From: Flavobacteriaceae bacterium UBA3478
Lineage (GTDB): Bacteria > Bacteroidota > Bacteroidia > Flavobacteriales > Flavobacteriaceae
NCBI GenBank assembly: GCA_002381155.1
Contig: DFQX01000087.1
Location: forward strand, 1,435-65,434
Length of the DNA stretch: 64,000 nucleotides
Direction: 5' to 3'
This document shows positions 57,569 through 64,000 of this stretch, one piece after another. The notes beneath the pieces are model-generated. The model worked only from the letters and a program-made list of their open reading frames with translations. It was not told the DNA's origin and ran no database searches. Numbering within the stretch: position 1 is the first letter of the stretch; the number at the start of each line of letters is the position of its first letter. The position numbers and the translations under genes are program-made.

Positions 57569-58226
57569 GGAGCTCATCTGTGCCAATATAAGACCCATCG
57601 TTATTGTAATACCAAGAACGAATCTTAGGCATCTTTATTCCTTCAACCGACTCTAGCTCTTCTAACAAGATGTATTCCCCGTCTCCGATCGCCTCATTGT
57701 GGTAGAATTGGTAAGCGATTAGTGCATAATTTTCAGGGTTGAAATAGAAATACCAAGTATCTGATCCGACCGAGGGGTCATAAGTAACACGCATTCTTAT
57801 CGACTCTTTCCCGTGAAAAATTACTCGTTCAGTCTTAGGATCGATTTGAGCGCCGGGATCTTTGAGTTTCATCGGCAGACCATACAAATAAGTGTGGTAA
57901 TCACGTAACTTCAGTGTTCGTGCCTGAGTTAACGAATCCTTAGCAGCATACGCGCCCTTATCGATTCGATAGGTTTTAATATCATCACCTCTAGTTTCGA
58001 TGAGTTCGAAATATTCTTGCGGTAAATTGATAATCACCTCTCTTGTAAAAGAAGGCTTGTCTTTTGAAGTTACCTCAATGGTAAAGGCTCCACTAAATTG
58101 CTCCCACTTACCCTCAGGGTCGTGATACCCTATTGAAGAAGCTAAAATATCCTTAGCCCATGCTTGTGCTGATAGATTTGCTGGGAATAATAACACACTC
58201 CCTAGAATCATTAAAAGATTGCGCAT
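57540..58226 (-). CDS. Secreted conserved hypothetical protein
   Basis: Signal peptide MRNLLMILGSVLLFPANLSAQA. No catalytic motif recognised. The 3' end overlaps nadD by 29 nt. Confidence 0.5.
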   Translation of the reverse strand: MRNLLMILGSVLLFPANLSAQAWAKDILASSIGYHDPEGKWEQFSGAFTIEVTSKDKPSFTREVIINLPQEYFELIETRGDDIKTYRIDKGAYAAKDSLTQARTLKLRDYHTYLYGLPMKLKDPGAQIDPKTERVIFHGKESIRMRVTYDPSVGSDTWYFYFNPENYALIAYQFYHNEAIGDGEYILLEELESVEGIKMPKIRSWYYNNDGSYIGTDELLSGRDSSNR

Positions 58227-58282
58227 CGTCTGTTTTATCTTAAAGGTAAGGGAATAGAATTAAGTATATTCGCTTAAAAGGA

Positions 58283-59632
58283 ATGACTATGAACTGGGAG
58301 CACTTATTATCCTTGTCACGTGAGGGGGATACGGTCAAAAGACTACGAAGCGATCAAGATGAAACACGGCTAGGATTCGAAGTAGATTACGATCGAATCA
58401 TCTTCTCTTCGGCCTTTAGAAGTTTACAAGACAAAACCCAAGTTGTTCCCCTTCCTATTCAAGCGGCAAGTAGAAAAGGATTCGTACATACCCGACTCAC
58501 TCATAGTCTTGAAGTCTCGGTGGTCGGACGTAGTATCGGACGTCTCGCCGGAAAAATCATTCTCGATCGCCATCCCGAACTAGTTTCTGAAGGCTATCGC
58601 TTTAATGATTTTGGAGCTATTGTGGCGGCAGCAGCCTTGGCCCATGATATCGGTAACCCCCCATTTGGGCACAGTGGGGAAAAAGCAATCGGAAATTTCT
58701 TCTCTAAAGGGCCCGGCAAAGTGTATGCTGACAAACTCTCTGAAGCGCAATATACCGACCTTGTCAAATTTGAAGGTAATGCGAATGGCCTAAGACTTTT
58801 GATCGAGAGTAGAGAAGGAGTTCCTGGAGGCCTAAGATTGAGCTATGCTACTTTAGGGGCCTTTGTAAAGTATCCGAAAGCCTCCATTCCTCATCAACCA
58901 ACCACTCACGTAGCCGACAAAAAGTATGGTGTATTTGAAGCCAACTGGGAATCTTACACTCAAATAGCCAACCAATTGGGTCTTCAAAAAGAAAAAGGTG
59001 GGTACCATCGACACCCTCTGGTTTACCTCGTAGAAGCCGCTGATGATATTTGTTATACCCTAATTGATTTTGAGGATGCCATTAACATGGGATATATCTC
59101 TGAAGACTATGCCTTAGAAAATTTAATCAATCTAGTTAAAAACCAAATTGATGGGGCGAAGTATCGCAGTCTGACCACCACAGCTGATAGAATCAGTTAT
59201 TTACGCGCATTAGCGATCGGCACCCTAGTAAGCGAGGCTGTTCAACTATTTGCTGATCATGAAGAAGCTATCTTATCTGGACAACTTGAAAAGAGCCTGA
59301 TTGATTACAGCGCTCATAGTGCAGCCATAAGGGACATCATTGATCTTAGTGTAAAAAACCTATACCAAGCAGACGAGGTGATTGAAAAAGAAATTGCTGG
59401 ATATCAAATCATCAGTAATCTCTTGGAACACACATCTTCAGCCCTATGTACCCAAGCAGCAGATCAAAAAACAGTTTACGATAAGCTTATTTTAAGTCGC
59501 ATACCTACCCCCTATCAATCGGCACCCGGTCAAGATTTATACAAGAGTTTATTAAATGCCTCAAGCTTTGTAGCAAGCCTTTCTGATTCTCAGGCGATTC
59601 AACTAAACCAGACGATCCAGGGTATCTTTTAA
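58283..59632 (+). CDS. dgt: dGTP triphosphohydrolase-like HD-domain protein
   Basis: Motifs RLTHSLEV, AHDIGNPPFGH and EAADDICY. Confidence 0.85.
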   Translation: MTMNWEHLLSLSREGDTVKRLRSDQDETRLGFEVDYDRIIFSSAFRSLQDKTQVVPLPIQAASRKGFVHTRLTHSLEVSVVGRSIGRLAGKIILDRHPELVSEGYRFNDFGAIVAAAALAHDIGNPPFGHSGEKAIGNFFSKGPGKVYADKLSEAQYTDLVKFEGNANGLRLLIESREGVPGGLRLSYATLGAFVKYPKASIPHQPTTHVADKKYGVFEANWESYTQIANQLGLQKEKGGYHRHPLVYLVEAADDICYTLIDFEDAINMGYISEDYALENLINLVKNQIDGAKYRSLTTTADRISYLRALAIGTLVSEAVQLFADHEEAILSGQLEKSLIDYSAHSAAIRDIIDLSVKNLYQADEVIEKEIAGYQIISNLLEHTSSALCTQAADQKTVYDKLILSRIPTPYQSAPGQDLYKSLLNASSFVASLSDSQAIQLNQTIQGIF

Positions 59633-61366
59633 GACCTGCTCGACGCTAGTCAGATCTAGCCCGATATGTCTATAGAGCTCATCTACCTTCCCTTGCGGAA
59701 CGAATCGGTCACTGACCCCCATGCATTTAGCCTCTCCTTTAAAGCCGAGTGAATTTAGCTGGTATATTATTCCTTGACCCCAAGAGCCTTCAATCGCTCC
59801 CTCCTCAAGAGTGATTACCGCATCGTAGTGCTTCGAAATATGATTTAATAGCTCGGCATCTGAGGGCTTAATAAAGGGAAAGTGATAACTGTCTACGGCG
59901 TAAGAGGATAACTCCTCAGCATAGGCTGATAAAGTGCCTGTAGACAATAACGCGATTCGAGCTTGATTAGATTGATTGATGGCAATGGCCTTACCCCATT
60001 CTAAAGCATTACCCTTCGGAGTGAAATCAAAAATATCCGCCGAACCTCTAGGGTATCGAATTCCTACTGGGCCTGAAAGTTGGCCTGACTGAAACTGTTC
60101 TACAACCGTTTTTAAACATTGATACAACTCTTCTGGACCTCTTGGTGCAAGTAAGGTGAAATTCGGTATCGAACGAAGCGCTGAAATATCAAACATGCCA
60201 TGATGAGTAGGGCCGTCCTCTCCTACAATTCCTGCTCGATCTATGGCAAAAATGACCGGCAGCTTCTGAAGTGCCACATCGTGAATAATCTGGTCATAGG
60301 CTCTTTGCAAAAAAGTCGAATACAAGTGACAAACAGGAAGAAGCCCCTTAGTTGCTAGACCCGCAGAGAAGGTTGCCGCGTGTTGTTCTGCAATCCCCAC
60401 ATCAAAAGTTCTTTCGGGGTAGGCTTCCTTAAACAAATGCAGTCCACTACCCGATAACATTGCTGGTGTGACGGCAACTAATCGCTGTTCATTCTCACCT
60501 AAACGCACCATTGAGCGCGCAAAAACATCTTGATATTTTAATGGCTCATTAGAGGTGATTCGTTCTCCGGTAGCTGGCTCGAATTTTCCAGGGGCATGAT
60601 ACGTTATCTGATCGGCTTCTGCTTGCGCTAACCCTTTACCTTTGATGGTTCGAATATGAATAAGCTGTGGACCCTTTTTTGACTTGGCGTCCTGAAAGAC
60701 CGTGATTAATTCTTTTAGGTTGTGACCATCAATTACACCCGTATAAGCTAATCCGAGAGACTCAAAGAAGTTCGGATAATTCAAATCCTCGATTTGATTC
60801 AAATACTGCTTTAAGGACCCAGTACTCGGATCAATACCCATATTATTATCGTTAAGCACTACAATAACATTTGCCTTCGTTTCTGCAATATGATTTAAGG
60901 CCTCGAAAGCCATTCCTCCAACAATCGAAGCATCTCCAATAACCGCAATGAAATGATTGTTCTTATGAGCGAGTTGATTAGCCACTGCCATACCCATTGC
61001 AGCAGAAATAGAAGTAGAACTGTGTCCCGTGCCAAAAGAATCATAGACCGACTCCTCACGCTTTGGGAAACCGCTTATCCCATTAAAGGTTCTTAAGGTA
61101 TCAAAGACCTCATCCCGACCGGTAATTAATTTATGAGCATAAATCTGATGACCCACATCAAAAACGATCCCATCATCAGGAGTATCAAAAACCTTGTGCA
61201 GGGCGACAGTGAGTTCTACGACGCCTAGACTCGCACCTAAGTGTCCGCCTCGTTTGGCAACCACATGAATGATGCGCTCACGTAAATAATCGGTGAGCAA
61301 AAGAAGCTCCTCGTTACTTAGCAAACGTAGCGTTTGTGGACTTAAATTTTGAAACCCTGCTTTCAT
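59603..61366 (-). CDS. dxs: 1-deoxy-D-xylulose-5-phosphate synthase
   Basis: Motifs GGHLGASLG, GHSSTSISAA, IGDASIVGGMAFEALN and a transketolase C-domain. The start MKAGFQNL at 61366 is preferred over 61414. Confidence 0.95.
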   Translation of the reverse strand: MKAGFQNLSPQTLRLLSNEELLLLTDYLRERIIHVVAKRGGHLGASLGVVELTVALHKVFDTPDDGIVFDVGHQIYAHKLITGRDEVFDTLRTFNGISGFPKREESVYDSFGTGHSSTSISAAMGMAVANQLAHKNNHFIAVIGDASIVGGMAFEALNHIAETKANVIVVLNDNNMGIDPSTGSLKQYLNQIEDLNYPNFFESLGLAYTGVIDGHNLKELITVFQDAKSKKGPQLIHIRTIKGKGLAQAEADQITYHAPGKFEPATGERITSNEPLKYQDVFARSMVRLGENEQRLVAVTPAMLSGSGLHLFKEAYPERTFDVGIAEQHAATFSAGLATKGLLPVCHLYSTFLQRAYDQIIHDVALQKLPVIFAIDRAGIVGEDGPTHHGMFDISALRSIPNFTLLAPRGPEELYQCLKTVVEQFQSGQLSGPVGIRYPRGSADIFDFTPKGNALEWGKAIAINQSNQARIALLSTGTLSAYAEELSSYAVDSYHFPFIKPSDAELLNHISKHYDAVITLEEGAIEGSWGQGIIYQLNSLGFKGEAKCMGVSDRFVPQGKVDELYRHIGLDLTSVEQVLKDTLDRLV

Positions 61367-61373
61367 CGAAATA

Positions 61374-61381
61374 CAAAGGTA
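61374..61381 (-). promoter_or_regulatory. -7 box TACCTTTG (dxs)
   Basis: Minus-strand match 7 nt upstream of the dxs ATG at 61366. Confidence 0.45.
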
Positions 61382-61397
61382 GTAGGTAATATTTGAA

Positions 61398-61405
61398 TAC
61401 CTTTG
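61398..61405 (+). promoter_or_regulatory. -7 box TACCTTTG (tadA)
   Basis: Plus-strand match 7 nt upstream of the tadA ATG at 61413. Confidence 0.45.
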
Positions 61406-61412
61406 GGGAATC

Positions 61413-61853
61413 ATGCAAGATCCCTTCGACGATACCTATTTTATGCGCAAAGCCCTTGATCTAGCCCATAAAGCCTATGATTTGGGAGAGGTGCCTGTGG
61501 GTGCGGTGATTGTATCCGAAAATCGAGTGATCGGGAGCGGGCACAACCTCAGCGAAAGACTTAATGACGTGACCGCACACGCTGAAATGCAAGCCATAAC
61601 CGCTGCAGCTAATTATCTAGGAGCCAAATACCTGCAGAACTGTACCCTCTACGTCACCTTAGAACCTTGTCAAATGTGCGCCGGGGCCTTGTATTGGTCT
61701 CAAATATCTCGAATAGTATATGCGGCTTCAGATCTGAAACGAGGCTTCAATACCATGGGAGGGCAACTCCACCCAAAAACCGTCCTAGAAAAAGGACCAC
61801 TTGCTGAGGAAAGTGAAGCGATACTGAAACAGTTTTTCAGTCAGCGCCGTTAA
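61413..61853 (+). CDS. tadA: tRNA-specific adenosine deaminase
   Basis: Motifs HAEMQAI and PCQMCAGAL. Confidence 0.9.
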   Translation: MQDPFDDTYFMRKALDLAHKAYDLGEVPVGAVIVSENRVIGSGHNLSERLNDVTAHAEMQAITAAANYLGAKYLQNCTLYVTLEPCQMCAGALYWSQISRIVYAASDLKRGFNTMGGQLHPKTVLEKGPLAEESEAILKQFFSQRR

Positions 61854-62113
61854 CTTGAGCGGGGTTCCTTTTTGTCTGATTGCATCTTCTTGATGTTCTC
61901 CTCAGTAAGCATATAGTCTTTCATCTTCTTACCAGGGCTTTCCACCAGAAGAAAGAGCGGCATCACAACAAAGAAAATCATTACGGTACCCAAACCTTTC
62001 AATCGATTCGATAGTTCAGGCTCGAGGTCAAGTAAAAACCCAGCTAAAATGACAGCAATTGCAGCAATGAATAGTAGAAGAATACCCCATCGTTTTTTCT
62101 GCAAAGCGCCCAT
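61850..62113 (-). CDS. Small two-TM membrane protein, hypothetical
   Basis: The start MGALQKKRWG at 62113 lies just after the aspS stop. Two hydrophobic helices. The longer ORF-track version would overlap aspS. Confidence 0.4.
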   Translation of the reverse strand: MGALQKKRWGILLLFIAAIAVILAGFLLDLEPELSNRLKGLGTVMIFFVVMPLFLLVESPGKKMKDYMLTEENIKKMQSDKKEPRSS

Positions 62114-62117
62114 CTTC

Positions 62118-63875
62118 TTAAGACTTTTTAAGGCTGAGATGTAGTTCGTCCAGTTGCTCCTGAGTAGTGCGAGCTGGCGCATCGATCATCACATCCCTAC
62201 CACTGTTGTTTTTAGGGAATGCGATGAAATCACGAATGGTCTCGGCTCCACCTAAAATAGCTACTAATCGGTCTAAGCCGAAGGCAATCCCGCCGTGTGG
62301 AGGTGCTCCGTATTCGAAGGCATCCATTAAGAACCCAAACTGTTCTTTAGCCTCTTCAGGAGTAAACCCTAGGTGCTTAAACATGAGCTGTTGAGTAGCT
62401 TTATCGTGAATACGAATAGAGCCTCCGCCAATTTCATTACCGTTAAGAACTAAATCATAGGCATTGGCCTTAACCGCTCCTGGGTCGGTATCTAATAAAT
62501 CGATTTGTTCTGGCTTAGGCGAAGTAAATGGGTGATGCATTGCATGGTATCTTCCTGTTTCCTCATCCTTTTCTAAAAGTGGGAAATCAACAACCCATAG
62601 CGGTGCAAATTCATCAGACTTTCTAAGCCCTAATTTTTCGGCCATAAACATGCGAAGCGCACTCATTTGAGTTCTAGTTGATGAAAGATCACCAGATAAT
62701 ACCAGGATTAAATCTCCAGCTTGAGCACCCGTTTTCTGAGCCCATGCAGCTAGATCTTCAGCATCGTAAAATTTATCTACTGACGACTTGAAAGTTCCAT
62801 CTTCATTGCAGCGAACATAGACTAAACCTTTCGCTCCAATTTGCGGTCTTTTCACCCAATCAATAAGGGCATCGATTTCTTTGCGAGTATAGGTATTCGC
62901 CCCAGGAACCGCGATACCAACCACATACTCGGCGCTATTGAACACCTGAAAATCTTTATGTTGTGCAACTTCATTAAGATTAGTGAGCTCCATGCCAAAT
63001 CGAATATCTGGCTTATCGTTTCCGAAACGTTCCATCGCCTCATCATAGCTCATTACCGGGAATTTACCGGTCTCAACTCCGTGAATTTCTTTCAACAGAT
63101 GAGCCGTTAAACCTTCGAAAGTATTTAATACATCCTCTTGGGTTACAAAAGACATTTCACAATCTATCTGAGTGAACTCTGGCTGTCGATCTGCTCTTAA
63201 ATCCTCATCTCTAAAACACTTAACAATCTGAAAATATTTGTCCATTCCACCAACCATAAGCAATTGCTTAAAAGTTTGAGGCGACTGCGGAAGGGCATAA
63301 AATTGCTCAGGATTCATTCTGCTCGGAACCAAGAAATCACGGGCGCCTTCAGGGGTAGACTTAATAAGATATGGAGTCTCTACCTCTATAAATCCTTTTA
63401 AAGAGAGATAATTTCGAACGAGCATACTAATCTTATGTCTGAAGATTAAGTTGTTCTTCACTGGGTTGCGACGAATATCTAGGTAACGATACTTCATGCG
63501 AAGCTCATCACCACCATCGGTCTGATCTTCAATGGTAAATGGCGGAAGCTTTGCTGTATTCAGAACCATTAACTCACTGACTAAAACCTCAACTGCACCG
63601 GTCGCTAAATTTGGGTTTCCTGAACTGCGCTCAATGACAGTACCCTTAACCTGAATCACGCATTCTCTTCCTAAATCTCTAGCCTTCTCTAGTAGAGCAG
63701 AATCAGTACGCTCCTCATCTAAAACCAATTGAGTGATACCGTACCGGTCTCTCAAATCGATCCAGAGTACAAAACCTTTGTCTCTAATCTTAGAAATCCA
63801 ACCTGATAAGACAACTTCTTTATTTACATCCGATGCGCGAAGGGCGCCACAGTCAACAGTTCTAAACATAATCAA
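62118..63875 (-). CDS. aspS: Aspartyl-tRNA synthetase
   Basis: N-terminal OB domain (RTVDCGALR), class II motifs ([27 protein letters not shown]) and a GAD insertion. The start is either 63875 or 63869. Confidence 0.95.
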   Translation of the reverse strand: MIMFRTVDCGALRASDVNKEVVLSGWISKIRDKGFVLWIDLRDRYGITQLVLDEERTDSALLEKARDLGRECVIQVKGTVIERSSGNPNLATGAVEVLVSELMVLNTAKLPPFTIEDQTDGGDELRMKYRYLDIRRNPVKNNLIFRHKISMLVRNYLSLKGFIEVETPYLIKSTPEGARDFLVPSRMNPEQFYALPQSPQTFKQLLMVGGMDKYFQIVKCFRDEDLRADRQPEFTQIDCEMSFVTQEDVLNTFEGLTAHLLKEIHGVETGKFPVMSYDEAMERFGNDKPDIRFGMELTNLNEVAQHKDFQVFNSAEYVVGIAVPGANTYTRKEIDALIDWVKRPQIGAKGLVYVRCNEDGTFKSSVDKFYDAEDLAAWAQKTGAQAGDLILVLSGDLSSTRTQMSALRMFMAEKLGLRKSDEFAPLWVVDFPLLEKDEETGRYHAMHHPFTSPKPEQIDLLDTDPGAVKANAYDLVLNGNEIGGGSIRIHDKATQQLMFKHLGFTPEEAKEQFGFLMDAFEYGAPPHGGIAFGLDRLVAILGGAETIRDFIAFPKNNSGRDVMIDAPARTTQEQLDELHLSLKKS

Positions 63876-63907
63876 TGAGGCACTAGGACAATGAAAATAG
63901 TGCTTGG

Positions 63908-63915
63908 CAAAAATA
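63908..63915 (-). promoter_or_regulatory. -7 box TATTTTTG (aspS)
   Basis: Minus-strand match 32 nt upstream of the ATG at 63875. Confidence 0.4.
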
Positions 63916-64000
63916 CGAACGGCATTTGATTCAAGACTCTATTGAACTTAAAATCATCCAATGTAAATTTAATGTTAACAAAAATTCGTTCGTTTGTAAA

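Noticed and set aside
1-64000. CRISPR arrays, IS elements, prophage or defence-system gene sets.
   Set aside because: I saw no spaced direct-repeat arrays, no transposase, integrase or recombinase ORFs, and no nuclease/ATPase defence-like pairs. Gene content is core metabolism plus the four accessory modules described above.

Overview
The window is a gene-dense, roughly 40% GC chromosomal segment. Its gene content and recurring TAnnTTTG '-7' promoter boxes point to a Bacteroidota genome, probably a marine Flavobacteriia-like organism. I support about 61 protein genes, one tRNA-Leu(CAA), four intrinsic terminators and a set of promoter and operator motifs. I saw no mobile elements, CRISPR arrays, rRNA genes or obvious defence islands. 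Most genes are housekeeping: prs, rplY, pth, ribF, serS, rsmA, mgtE, mfd, metG, nrdBA, gmk, nadD, dxs, tadA and aspS. Four accessory modules stand out.

1. 2-6543: a beta-1,3-glucan (laminarin-type) utilisation cluster. It contains a truncated GH94/GH149-like phosphorylase, two GH17 enzymes, a GH72-like clan GH-A enzyme and a GPH symporter.
2. 8050-14452: a sulfide/persulfide oxidation cluster (Crp/Fnr regulator, SulP, PDO-rhodanese fusion, type II SQR, two YeeE/YedE proteins). Each of its four promoters carries a 16-bp palindrome, TGTAAC-N4-GTTACA, at a fixed 20-21 nt upstream of the -7 box. I consider this the best candidate for an undescribed regulatory system, namely a Crp/Fnr-type sulfide regulon.
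3. 26776-32451: the four-gene ligase-associated DNA damage response operon, directly upstream of mfd.
4. 48240-55517: a divergent GMC-oxidoreductase / Gfo-Idh-MocA / TIM-barrel / DUF1080 / NHS-transporter cluster that looks like an oxidative (3-keto) glycoside cleavage pathway.

All functional calls come from motif recognition by eye. No database search was run.
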